Origin: Octopus vulgaris
Lineage: Eukaryota
Assembly (NCBI GenBank): GCA_951406725.2
Contig: OX597817.1
Location: 174,406,001-174,470,000, forward strand
DNA length: 64,000 nucleotides
Reading direction: 5' to 3'
Below the pieces are notes generated by a model. The model saw only the letters and a program-made list of their open reading frames with translations. It was not told the origin of the DNA and made no database searches. Below are positions 26,301 through 38,068 of the stretch, one piece after another; position 1 is the first letter of the stretch; each line of letters starts with the position of its first letter. Position numbers and translations under genes: made by a program.

Positions 26301-27069
26301 AAAAATCTTGCTAAACCATGATTTAAAAAAAAATTTCTAAAATATTACCAATGTGATCAAGTTTATGGCTTCTAGAAAATATTTCATATTTATTTGTAAT
26401 ATCAGTATCATAACTAGTCCTAAAGTCTTTTTTAGAAAGATTGCTTTAAAGATTGCTTTATGATTTTATGATATTTCTTGATAACATTTTCAAACAGCCT
26501 AGCTTATTTTTCTCTCTCTTCCTTGCAGCTTTGAAGATAATTTTTAGTTAATCTAGAATTAAAACTTGAACATGGACTGTGGCAGTTGATGTAGCTTGTG
26601 TCTTATACACAAGGGGGCACAATAATGAATTACTATAGTGATGGCTGTGTTGTTAAGAAGTTTATTTTCCAACTGCATGGTTTCTGGTTCAGTCCTGCTG
26701 TGCAGCAGCTTGGAAAAGTGTCTGCTCCTATTGTTCCAAGCTGGCTAAAGCTTTTTGTGTGTATTAAGTTGATGAAATTTAAAAGAAGTCTATGTATATA
26801 TGTGCATTTGTGCCTACCATGTGATAGCTCTGAGTAAATTTTACTGTCATTCAAGCAGTGTTCTTTATTTCAATCTTCTGTGTAAACATGTCCAGCCATG
26901 GGGGGAGATATTACCATGCCTGGAAACAAGTTGATGACAAAAAGGGGCATCCAACCATAGAAAGATCTGTCTCAGTGAATTTTGTTTGCTCTATGCATGC
27001 ATGGAAAAATGGATGTAAAACAATGATGGTGGCAGTAGCAGTGATGGCAGCGGTGGCACCATCAGTGGC

Positions 27070-27844
27070 TGTTGTTCCTAAACTTGGAAAATGGGTGCCT
27101 CATGAATTGTCCAAAAGCAACCGCAGATCCTGAGTTGACATCTGTTCTTCTCTCCATTCTTGCGAACTCATTTCATTCTTTTTGGATAGACTTGTGATTG
27201 GTGACGAAAAATGGATCTTCTATCGAAATGTTAAACATCGTAAACAGTGGCTTGGTAAAAGGGAAAAAGCTCAACCACAACCAAGAGGGGAACTTCATGG
27301 GAAAAAGGTTCTTCTCTCTATCTGGTGGGATTGTAAAGGAGTAATTCGCTTTGAATTGTTACTACCTAATGCAGCAATCAATGCTCAAGTTTACCGTTAG
27401 CAATTCGAGCATTTGAACCAAGCTTCGAAGAAAAAAAGACCTGAATTGAAAAGGAGTGATGTTTCATCAGAACAATGCGCAACCCCACACTGCAAATATC
27501 ACATCACAGAAGATCGAAGAGCTTGGTAGGGAAAAAAAATTCCTCATCCACCTTATTCTCCCAACCTTGCTTCTTCAGACTACTATTTGTTTTATAGTTT
27601 ACAGAATCATTTGGGGTACATAACTTTTGCAAGCCAGGAGGAGGTGGAAACTGACATTTCAGAGTTCTTCGCATTAAGACCAAAAGAGTTTTACATTGAT
27701 GGGATTAAAAAGCTTGTAAATAGATGGAAGGCAGTCACAGATAATCAAAGAAAGTACATTGATGATTAAATTTCAATTAAATATAACGTTTGATCACTTG
27801 TTTTATTTATTCAAAATTCGGACAGAACTTATGGGATGACCTGA
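27070..27844 (+). mobile_element. 5'-truncated mariner, transposase pseudogene plus right TIR
   Basis: KLGKWVPHELS, VIGDEKWIFY, KKVLLSIWWD, HPPYSPNLASSDY; ends GAACTTATGGGATGACCTGA-TA, related to the TIR of 18587-19877. Confidence 0.9.
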
Positions 27845-28189
27845 TACATACACATTAATTTCATGAGTAGGTTGTTCCTTTGATCAGATCAGTTGGAACA
27901 TTGATCATTGCAATTGATGGAGTGCCATTGGTTGCACTTCTAGCTTGGTACCGTGTCTGTTTATATACTTTTAGAATATATGTTGTTGTTGTTTGAACCT
28001 AGCACTACACTGACTAAGCAAACCCATGATCAATAGTATTCCATCCATGACCATCCTCTTGTACTTTATTTTCTTTTTCTATTTAGAGCTAGATTATCCA
28101 AGTATCCCTCCGTTTTCAACACTGCAGGTTGTATTTTGAGGGAAATTTGGATGTTATTTCCTACAAATTGATTAACCCTGTAGACAATA

Positions 28190-28358
28190 CAGTTCTAGAT
28201 TTAAGAGATGAAGAATTATGTACATTATTTACATTCGACGGATATTTGTCCTCATCTTGTTTGTTGTTAACATGTTTCAGCTGATATACTCTCCAGCCTT
28301 CATCAGATGTCTTGGGGAAATTTTGAACCTGGGTTCTCATTCCTAAGATATCCTTTGA

Positions 28359-28427
<69 letters not shown>

Positions 28428-28564
28428 TATTATACCTTATTATTATTATACCTTAGGAATGAGAACCCAGGTTCAAAATTTCACTAAGACACCTAAAGAA
28501 GGCTGGTGGGTATATCAGCCGAAATGTTGTTAAGGACAAATATCTGTCAAATGTAAATAATGTA
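28190..28564. mobile_element. Palindromic hammerhead-bearing element around (TTA)n, without tRNA head
   Basis: Left arm 28190-28360 and right arm 28449-28564 are inverted copies; degraded CTGATGA..GAAA cores in both arms; same family as 29829-30519. Confidence 0.8.
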
Positions 28565-29828
28565 AGTAATGAAACCTGTAGATGTTTCCTTGTTGGCTCA
28601 AATCAGAATATATCTGAAGGAAAGTTGTTAGATGGGACAATAAACATCAGAATGAAAGACTATTTGTAATATATCCTCTGTTGTTTGGTTAACAACATAT
28701 ACAGGTACTGAGAAGCAGATTAGCCAACTGATTGGTACATTTATTTTTCTTCTTAACGATGAAAGCTAAACATATATCCTTTTGATTCTCCATGAGGGAT
28801 TGTGCTGTGATCAAGATCAAAAAGAAATATTCACTCGCAAAAATACTGTGGATTTGTAAAGAATTCTGAAAAGACTTTAAAAATGTTACCATTTTTTTTT
28901 TTTCATTGTTTTGTTTTAGATTCATTGAGCCTGAGGAGATAAAGAATTAAAGATTCATCAATCTTTTGATCTTAGTGTAATATTGTTCTGAAAATAGGTT
29001 GGGAAAACATGATGGGAAGTCATCGGGGCTGTTAGCATAGTCAGTTGACTAAAGGCAAACTTCAAGAAAGTACTTTACAATGAACAACAAGAAATGTTAA
29101 ATAGCACAAGACTGAAAATTAAACTTTAATGTAGGCTACGTTTGAAGTTCAAGAAATCAAAGAATATGTTTGTTATGGTGACTTTCTGTGATCTTCCTTT
29201 GAGAAAAGAATGACACCATTTCAAAACAGAACTAACAGTCAACAATATTTCCTTGGAAATGTCGTATAAAATGCCATGGTCTCCAGCACTAAAGGAACGT
29301 TATGGTATTTCTGAATATCAAGGGAAAGTGTGAAGCTTGTCAATATACATTTTGTGAAGTACATAAAAATTATAAATTCAGTCAGTTTGAAATGTGGCTT
29401 GAAGGAAAGTTATGATTAAGGTCAGTTAAAAAAAAAAGGGAAAAATAAAAATAAAAGTAACTTAACCCACTTAATACCAATAATATTTCCAGTTATTATG
29501 GATATATTTAGAAATTTTGGAGAAAAGGAGATCAAATGGATATACTAAGCAATCTCTGGGGGAAAAGATCAAACAATCCGAGTAATTAAGAAAACCATGT
29601 CAGGAGGACAGGAATGGATAAAGTTGCCTTAGATTTCAAATTCCTGAGAAGTAGCAAATCACATCACCGTCATCGTTGTCGTCATCATCATCATCATCAT
29701 CATTCATCATTCACTATCATTGTTTTAACATGCATTTTTTCATGCTTGTTTGGGTTGAAGTAGATTTTTGACAGCAGGATGCCCTTCTTGTTATCAGCCC
29801 TCACCTGATTCCAAGTAAAGTAATAATT

Positions 29829-29967
29829 CATTATTTACATTTGACGGATATTTGTCCTCATCTTGTTTGTTGTTAACACAACGTTTCAGCTGATATACTC
29901 TCCAGCCTTCATCAGGTGTCTTGGGGAAATTTCGAACCTGGGTTCTCATTCCTAAGGTATTTTTCGA

Positions 29968-30032
<65 letters not shown>

Positions 30033-30160
30033 TCACTGCCTGGAATCAAACTCGGAATCTTGGGGTTAGTAGCCTGCGCTCTTAACCACTATACCATATA
30101 CCCATGGGCATATGGCATAATGGTTAACCCCAAGATTCTGAGTTTGATTCCAGGCAGTGA

Positions 30161-30213
<53 letters not shown>

Positions 30214-30276
30214 TGGTTAATCCCAAGATTCTGAGTTTGATTCCAGGCAGTGACCTGAATAATATTAATAATAATG

Positions 30277-30310
<34 letters not shown>

Positions 30311-30519
30311 TAATAATAATAGTAATAATAATAATAATAACATCAAAAAATACCTTAGGAATGAGAACCCAGGTTCGAAATTTCCCCAAGACACCTCACC
30401 TGATGAAGGCTGGAGGGTATATCAGCTAAAACGTTGTGTTAACAACAAACAAGATGAGGACAAATATCCGTCAAATGTAAATAATGTAAATAATTCCTCA
30501 TCTCTTAAATATAGAACTG
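29829..30519. mobile_element. Palindromic element: inverted units of tRNA-like head + (AAT)n + hammerhead-containing body
   Basis: Axis CCCATGGG at 30101-30108; arms 29829-29970 and 30340-30486 are near-perfect inverted repeats; tRNA-like segments 30027-30104(-), 30105-30166(+) and a partial duplicate 30213-30259. Confidence 0.85.
29875..29920 (-). ncRNA. Minimal type-I hammerhead ribozyme-like motif
   Basis: Minus strand GACAC-CTGATGA-A-GGCTG-gagagtatat-CAGCT-GAAA-CG-TT-GTGTT: stem I, intact core, stem II and palindromic AACGTT in place of helix III. Confidence 0.75.
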
Positions 30520-31219
30520 AAGCAATATTTCCCCTTGATTGGACAAGTTTCCACAGGAGTTTGTAAACAAGGACACTGTTTTTATGATCCTGACATTTGT
30601 TTACAATTATCATGTGATATCAAGGCAAGATCATACACCAACACACACATACACACGCTGAACGTCTTTCCGTTTCCATCTACCAAATTCTTTCGCAATA
30701 CTTTAGTCAGCCTTGGACTATAGTAGAAAAAAAAATTACCTGAGGTGCTTTGCAATGGGACTGAACTTGAAACCCTGTGGTTGTGAAGCAATTAAAAATA
30801 ATGGAATTCAGTAAAATCATTTTGAATATTTCCTGACTACAAAAATAACACGATACCAGTGACAGGGATTGAGCTGAAGTACTTTGACACAGAAGTTCAG
30901 TACTTCAAAAGCATGCATCATATAAAGCTTCTATATTGCCTGTAAGATTATAGTTTCCTTTTCTAAAACCTAAAAGTAAAAATAAAATGTTGAAAAGTGA
31001 CGCAAATGAAGATCGTAATCTAAAAGCTAACCTATTGATTTATCTCAATACTTTTAACTCAAAGACAAAGATATATTTAAGTCAGACACCGAGCTGCTAA
31101 TGTGTTCTGTTTTATGGCCATGATGCTGTTGTTCGTCAAAAATAGAACATTGGTAACATAAAGAGATTCATATCAAATTAGTGACAAAATTTTGTCGATC
31201 GCATAATTTTGTAATTCAG

Positions 31220-31260
31220 GCTCAGTCTTACATGACATTTCTTGAAATAAAATATGTGAG
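31220..31260 (+). CDS. Candidate 41-nt exon (AQSYMTFLEIKYV-), phase 0 start
   Basis: ATTTTGTAATTCAG acceptor and consensus GAG|GTAAGT donor; open in the frame continuing 14846-14917; no homology recognised. Confidence 0.3.
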
Positions 31261-32239
31261 GTAAGTTAGCTGCAGTTGGAGTCTGGATTGAATGAAACAA
31301 GAGGAAAAAAGCAAAAGAATTCGTTCTGTTGTATTGTATGACATTATCCAAGTTGTTCAAGGATGTCAAATCATGATAGAATATGTTACATTATATATGC
31401 ATTCTTCAAAAGGGATATGAATTTTATGGATTTTTTTTCCTGATCATTTAACTATTGCATAAACTACTGCTAGTGCTTAGGGAGTTGAGTTTAGTGGGAA
31501 ATATTAAAGGGTGTTCGAATTCATGTTTGCTGGCAACAAGTTCAAAGATTTATGAATAAATTCAGATTTGATCAGCTTGTTCTTTCATCTCTTTGGGATT
31601 GTTAAAAGGGGAAGAGTGACTTGTGTATGGGGTTTCCATTTGATGTGAATTTCATGTAAACCATATCTCAAATCCTATTATATAATCTCTATAGTTAACA
31701 AATATCTTCTCCAAAAACAAATTAATATTTATCTACATGGAAAAATTTCCACAATATTATAGGAAAAATATTTTTATGTCCCTTTTCTCTATTTGAATTA
31801 GTTTGATGGATCTAGCTTCTCCAAAGATATTCTGTGATGCACTTGGAGACCTCATCAATGATTTTTTCCTGGGGGTGGGGACTATTGGGTATTTTTTGTC
31901 TTTCAACAATCAAATATCTTCACCCAGGTGACACTTGTTTACAATTATCATGTGATGTCAAGGCAAGATCATTTACCAACACACACATACTGAGCTTCTT
32001 TCAGTTTCCTTTTTCACAATGCTTAAGTTAGCCTTGGGCTATATATAATAGAAAAAACATTTGCCCCAGGTGCTTTGCAATGAGACTGAACTTGAAACCA
32101 TGTGGTTGCGAAGCAAGTAAAAATGATGGAATTCAGAAAAATCATTTTGAATATTTCCTGACTATGAAAATAACACGATACCAGTGACAGGGATTGAGCT
32201 GAAGTATTGTGACAAGGATTGCATTCAAGTACTGTGATC

Positions 32240-32551
32240 AAACTCTAGCTTGTGCCCATTTAGCACTAGCCCTAGTAGTGCTGCCCCTCCCAAGGCTTAC
32301 ACTGTCTGATCCACAGCCACCTTGAAGCAATCTCATCTGCCTCCTTAGCCAAATTAATAACCTTTTTCCTTACTAGTCTCTGTGATACCCAGCATGTTGT
32401 AGGATCTGCAGAGGAACTGATCTCAAACCTTCGGCATTCCATCTCAATGGAATTACACCTCATCTACCACCCATTGCCATAGATTCACCAGCTCAGCATA
32501 TTTCCTTCTCTTTGTCGCATTCATCTCCTCAACATATTCTTTCCAGAAAAT
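32240..32551 (-). pseudogene. HERO/NeSL-like RLE non-LTR retrotransposon 3' fragment
   Basis: FWKEYVEEMNATKRRKYAELV..RCNSIEMECRRF..KKVINLAKEADEIASRWLWIRQCKPW matches the typical RLE C-terminus PWEE..KY..L..IEVGCRGF..ASRWLW. Confidence 0.75.
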
Positions 32552-32979
32552 AGAAATTCTATCTTTCGTTTTTGGATTTGGTTTGCAAGATTCTTTATAT
32601 GAGTTCGTGTGTTGAAGCATATTTTGTTGTGTCTGGGGAGAGTCATTTTCTTTTTGTGCCTTATAATGTAACACACACACCGGTAAAATTTCCACTTATT
32701 TCTTATTTTTATTTTCCTATATATACATACATACACACATACATACGTACATGCATAGGCACGCACACACACACTGACCCACACACATGTGCACAAACAA
32801 ACAAAAAGGAACGCAGTGTAAATAACGGACAGAGTAAAGACTATTGAAAAGGTTGCAAGATGCAACGAAAATTTTAGGAAAATAAAAATAAGAAATAAGT
32901 GGAAATTTTACCAGTGAGGGTGTTACATTAAAGGCACAAAAAGAAAATGACTCTCCCCAGACACAACAGAAATTCTATC
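32552..32979 (-). mobile_element. Short non-coding insertion with ~12-bp TSD and terminal inversion
   Basis: AGAAATTCTATC at 32552-32563 and 32968-32979; ~32620-32715 inverted relative to ~32878-32972; same family as 14303-14522. Confidence 0.75.
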
Positions 32980-34512
32980 CTTAATAGCTTTTAGACCGTA
33001 TGTTTCACACTTGGATAATTATGCCAATGCCTTTCACTGTTTTAAGCCACATTTAATGATGGATGCAAGTAGAATAATCTATCTTCTATAATGATAAACA
33101 CGAAAATTTATCTGTCCATCCCTCCATCTGAGATTCCTGTATTACAGTCTATATTTGCTCTCCATAGACATATTATACCTTTTTGGAATCAGGATGATTC
33201 TGGGATTGTAAATCTGCCCTTCATTTGGTTCTCAAACATCCAGCATTGGAATCAGGTCTGACAGTTGAAAATTCAAATTTTGAAAGAACTCCAAAAATTT
33301 GTAAAGTTACAAGTTTTTCATTTAAACTGTATTTACAGTAATACCATATTGTTAGGGTACCAATGAATACTTTATTATTATTGCTCTCTTTAGTTTTGGG
33401 CCACAGGCCCAATTAACCCTTTCAGGAGCTGGCCTAAAAGTCTGCATGGAGTGTGGCTTTTAAGCTAGTACTCTAATAATTTTATCTACTATAGGCATGA
33501 GGTTTGAAATTCTTTGAAGAGCAGGTCTAGTCAATTACATTGGCCCCAGTGCTCAACTGATACTTATGTCATTGACCCCCAAAAGGATGAAAGGCAAAAT
33601 TGACCTCAGTAGAATTTGAACTTAGGTGGATGAAAAACTACTATGCATATTGTCTCTGGAACAATTCTGTCCGCAACATGTAATGAAGCATTTTACTCAA
33701 GAATCCAATGCACTGCCCCTGCCTTACACTAATAATAAAGTGGAATTCCAAGCAATAAAGTCTGTGCCAGTCAACTGGTTACTCTTTTGGAAATACTTTA
33801 GATTAGGTCTCCCCTAAACTGTCGATAAAACATGGCAATTCTCTTCTCAGAGTAAAAAATGTCAATCAGTAACTAAGATTAAGACTTATTGTTGAAGGTG
33901 CATGGCTTAGTGGTTAGAGCATTTGGTTCATGATCGTAAGGTCATGAGTTCAATTCCTGGTGATGCATTGTGTCCTTGAGCAAGATACTTTATTTCATGT
34001 TGCTCCAGTCCACTCAGTCATTCCTGTACCTATAAATACTTAAGAAAATGGTATGAACAAATACTTATTGAAGACAGGTATTATGCATATGGACTTTTAT
34101 ATTCTTTAATTCAGAAAGAGCATGATTCAATTCCAGATATTCATGGACTCAACACACAATACTATTTCAACATAGACCGACTATTTCTTGATGCCCTTAA
34201 GGAATAAGAACTTTAAGTCAACATTAATCACAAAGACAAACAAGATTCTATGTTTCTGTTCGTATTCAAGAATGAAACCAGGAATCTTTCTCTCCTTTTT
34301 GATTAATTTCTGATTCTATCAAGAGACCAGAAATTTGAACTTTGTCAGTTCATCTTTGTCTGTTGATGTTTTGCTTCCAATAATAAATCCATTAATCCCT
34401 TAAACTCTCTGTGTGTGTGTGTGTGTATGTATGTGGTTGGATGCAGTAGAGGTTGGAATGAAATGGCAGAAACTGCAGAATGTTTCTGGAAGTGACACTT
34501 ATTCTAATTCAT

Positions 34513-34740
34513 TTAACCCTTTCGTTACCGTATTTCTGTTGAGATGCTCTCTGTTTCTTTCAATTACTTTAAATATAACAAAGAATTTAGTAGAATAACT
34601 TAGTTATCATTCAGCTAGTGTTAGGAACATAAATTGTGACTAAGGTTTGGTGGAAGATTTTAATTGAAAACTGATGAAAACAAGACATTTGTACTCAGAG
34701 CCAGAACCGGTTTCAGCAGGGTTGGTCATGAAAGGGTTAA
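34513..34740 (-). mobile_element. piggyBac-type MITE followed by degenerate tandem relatives to ~35130
   Basis: TTAA-CCCTTTCG...GAAAGGG-TTAA; reverse of 23135-23362. Confidence 0.88.
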
Positions 34741-35339
34741 GCCTTTTCTTACAATGTTTCTGATGGAACACATAGCCTCTGTTTCAATTAACGAAGAAGA
34801 ATTCAGTGAAATAACTTTGTCGTTATTAAGCTGGTGTTTGGAACACAAATTAACAGGAAATTTTTGATGGAAGGTTTTAACTTCGATCATTTTAATTCCT
34901 TTGTTATCATATTTCTGTTGAAGCACATTGCTTTTTTTTTTTCAATTAATTCTGGAAAATAATGAAGAATTTAGTAAAATAATTTGGTCATTATTAAGCT
35001 GGTATTTGGAACACAAAATTAATATGAAATTTTGATGGAAGGTTTTTAATTGAGTTCATTTTAAAACATGAAGTTTGTATAAAATCGAAACCAAGTGTCA
35101 TCTCAGGCAGGGTGATGTGGAAAGGGCCAAAGGTTAAAAAGGGGGTTAACTCTTTAGCATGCAGATTATTCTGTCAAATGTAATGCTTATTAATTCCCAA
35201 TGTTTTGAATTAATCATGTACACGGTGGGGCAAAAGGATCTAACACATTTGTAGGTTTGATAAAAGGGAATAGGGAAAAGAATGAAAAAAAGTGTTTTTA
35301 TTTTCCAAACGTACATATAATGCCATTTTGTTTCGCTTT

Positions 35340-36387
35340 GTTTTAAAAATTACATCAGTTAAATGTTTGCTGTTATTGTCTGCACACCATTGAAGATGTT
35401 CGTCAAAGTTTCATGTGGAATGGCAACAATTTCTTGACGAATGGCATCTTTTAATTGTTCAATAGAATGAGGGTGACGGGTGTATATGTTTGATTTCAAA
35501 TATCCCCACAGAAAAAATCACATGTGTTCAAATCAGGTGATTGGGCGGGCCAACTGATATCACTGTGCAATGAGATCAAATGACTGGGGACCATCTCCCT
35601 CAAAATTCCCATCGAACGTCGAGAAGTGTGGGTTGCTGCTCCATCTTGTTGAAACCAAACATTGTTTCTATCAAGTTCATTCAATCTGGGTCTCAGAAAA
35701 GTGTCCAGCAACACACAATATCTGTCAGAGTTAACAGTCACTGTAACATTGTCTTCTCCGAAAAAGTATGGACCCAAAATACCAAATTCTGCTATCACAC
35801 ACCATACGGTTACATGGGGACCATGCAGGGGGCGTTCATGCAACTCAAAAGGGTTGTTTTCGGACCAATATCGGAAATTTTGCTTATTTATGCTTCCACA
35901 CAGGTGAAATTGGGCCTTGTCACTGAAAATCACAATAGCAGCACAGGGGACATATTGTTGAATTTCCAAACAATATTCTGCGATTCTCATGGTCTCTTTC
36001 GCTGAGTTCCTGTAGCAACAACATTTTGTATGGATGCATTTGCAGATCCTTGTGAAGAATTCTTCTCAAACTTCTATTGGAAAGCCCAAGAGCAGCTGCA
36101 TGTTTCCTTGCTGAATGTCGTGGAGACTGTTGGATTGAAGCTCTTACTGCTGCTACATTTTCTGGAGTTCTGGCGGTCTGAGGCTGGCCGGTTGATGTTC
36201 GTTTCAATGCTGAACCACTAGCTCTGAAGTTGGTAACCCATAATAAAATCATGTTTTGAGCCGGTACGGGATCTTGTCTACCAAGCCTAAAGTGCACATA
36301 GAATGCTCTTTGCATTGCAGTTACTGATTTGTTGTTCTTGATAAACGTTTCCACAATGAAAACATGATACTCACCTGTCCAATCCAT
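35340..36387 (-). pseudogene. DD41D transposase pseudogene (DUF4817-like HTH + DDE domain)
   Basis: MDWTGEYHVFIVETF..RTPENVAAV..HPYK; FSDKAQFHL..NFRYW; FQQDGA-x-WPAQSPDLNTCD with 41 residues between the last two catalytic D; frameshifted. Confidence 0.9.
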
Positions 36388-36459
36388 CTGGATAATCTGA
36401 AACAAGATGAAACAAAATGGCATTATGTGTACATTTGGAAAATAAAAATACTTTTTTCA

Positions 36460-36675
36460 TTCTCTTTTACTTGTTTCAGTCATTTGACTGCAGCCATGCT
36501 GGAGCACCACCTTTAGTCGAGCAAATTGACCCCAGGACTTATTCTTTGTAAGCCTAGTACTTATTCTATTGGTATCTTTTGCTGAACCACTAAGTTACAG
36601 GGACATAAACACACCACCATCGGTGTCAAGCAATGTTGGGGGGACAAACAGAGACACACAAACATATACACACAT

Positions 36676-36712
<37 letters not shown>

Positions 36713-37217
36713 GATATATATATATATATATATATCACGCGATCACGCGACCGACCAGACCATCAGATGTTGTTACACATCGCTGGTCACAATGCATTCG
36801 CATTGTTTTAGCCTTCGAATGACGCCACCCCGCTGGCTAAGCGAGCAGGCCAACAGAAGAGTGAGAGAAAGAGTGGTGAAAGAGTACAGCAGGGATCACC
36901 ACCCCCTGCCGGAGCCTCGTGGAGCTTTTAAGTGTTTTTGCTCAATAAAACACACACAATGCCTGGTCTGGGAATCGAAATCGCGATCCTACGACTGTGA
37001 ATCTGCTGCCCTAACCACTGGGCCATTGTGCCTATATATATATACACATATATACGACGGGCTTCTTTCAGTTTCCATCTACCAAATCCACTCACAAGGC
37101 TTTGGTCGGCCCGAGGCTACGGTAGAAAACACTTGCCCAAGGTGCCACGCAATCGGAATGAACCTAGAACCATGTGGTTGGTAAGCAAGCTACTTATCAC
37201 ACACCCACTCCTGCGCC
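36460..37217 (-). mobile_element. SINE family A containing a nested SINE family C (36735-37032)
   Basis: Family A tail 36460-36700 and head 37050-37217; the insert matches the reverse of 56632-56939. Confidence 0.9.
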
Positions 37218-37658
37218 ATTATTTATTTTATTTCGCTTTTATTAAACCTACAACTGTATCAGTTCATTTTGCCCCACCTTGTATTATCTTGTAGCTTCCA
37301 GGTTTGATGATGTGATTGTTTATGTTTTAAATGACATTGTAGGGTAGGTCTAAGAGGCTAGATCTAGCTGGTTTAAACCCTGCACATTCAAACCAGCCAT
37401 ATCAGGCTCAAATATTCTACCTATTTTATGTTCAAACTGGCCAGATCCAGCCACTTTCACCTATCCTACAATGTCATTCTAAAAATTAACAATCACATCA
37501 TAAAAATCTTGAAGTCATTAGATAGTACTCGGTTAATTGAAAACGATGTGAATAAATAAAGATAAATTTGATTCTTATTGATATTCATTATCTACAAGCT
37601 AAAGAAGTATGGCTTATACACTTGGAGTGAACTGAGTCACAGTAGGAGCTTTAACTAA

Positions 37659-38068
37659 AGGCATAGGAGTGGCTGTGTGGTAAGTAGCTTGCTCACCAAC
37701 CACATGGTTCTGGGTTCAGTCCTACAGTGTGGCACCTTGGGCAAGTGTCTTCTACTATAGCCTCTGGCCAACAAAAGCCTTGTGAGTGGATTTGGTAGAC
37801 GGAAACTGAAAGAAGCCCATCGTATATATGTATATATATATTTATGTGTGTGTATATGTTTGTGTGTCTGTGTTTGTCCTCCCAACATTGCTTGACAACT
37901 GATGCTGGTGTGTTTACATCCCCATAACTTAGTGGTTCGGAAAAAGAGACCGATAGAATAAGTACAAGGCTTACAAAGAATAAGTCCTGGGGTCGATTTG
38001 CTCGACTAAAGGCGGTGCTCCAGCATGGCCACAGTCAAATGACTGAAACAAGTAAAAGAGTAAAGAGT
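37659..38068 (+). mobile_element. SINE family A, full length, young
   Basis: Complete head, core and tail; probable TSD AGCTTTAA on both sides. Confidence 0.92.

Larger units (their letters stand above)
35221..37281 (-). mobile_element. rosa-type (DD41D) Tc1/mariner transposon with long TIRs; one TIR interrupted by SINEs
   Basis: TA-CACGGTGGGGCAAAA at 35221 and TTTTGCCCCACCTTG-TA ending 37281. Inner TIR halves ~35277-35334 and ~36410-36467; the outer right half resumes ~37225. Confidence 0.88.

Noticed and set aside
30027-30104. Possible genuine tRNA gene
   Set aside because: No proper acceptor stem or oligo-T terminator; embedded and duplicated in a mobile element. The same applies to the SINE heads at 47221 and 56632.
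29916-30566. Longest ORF in the window (216 aa, poly-L/poly-N)
   Set aside because: Product of (TTA)n/(AAT)n arrays in the palindromic element; mirrored on the other strand; no domain.
33083-33260. Possible Helitron 5' end (TCTTCTATAATGATAAA..)
   Set aside because: No matching 3' hairpin/CTAG identified; too degraded to support.
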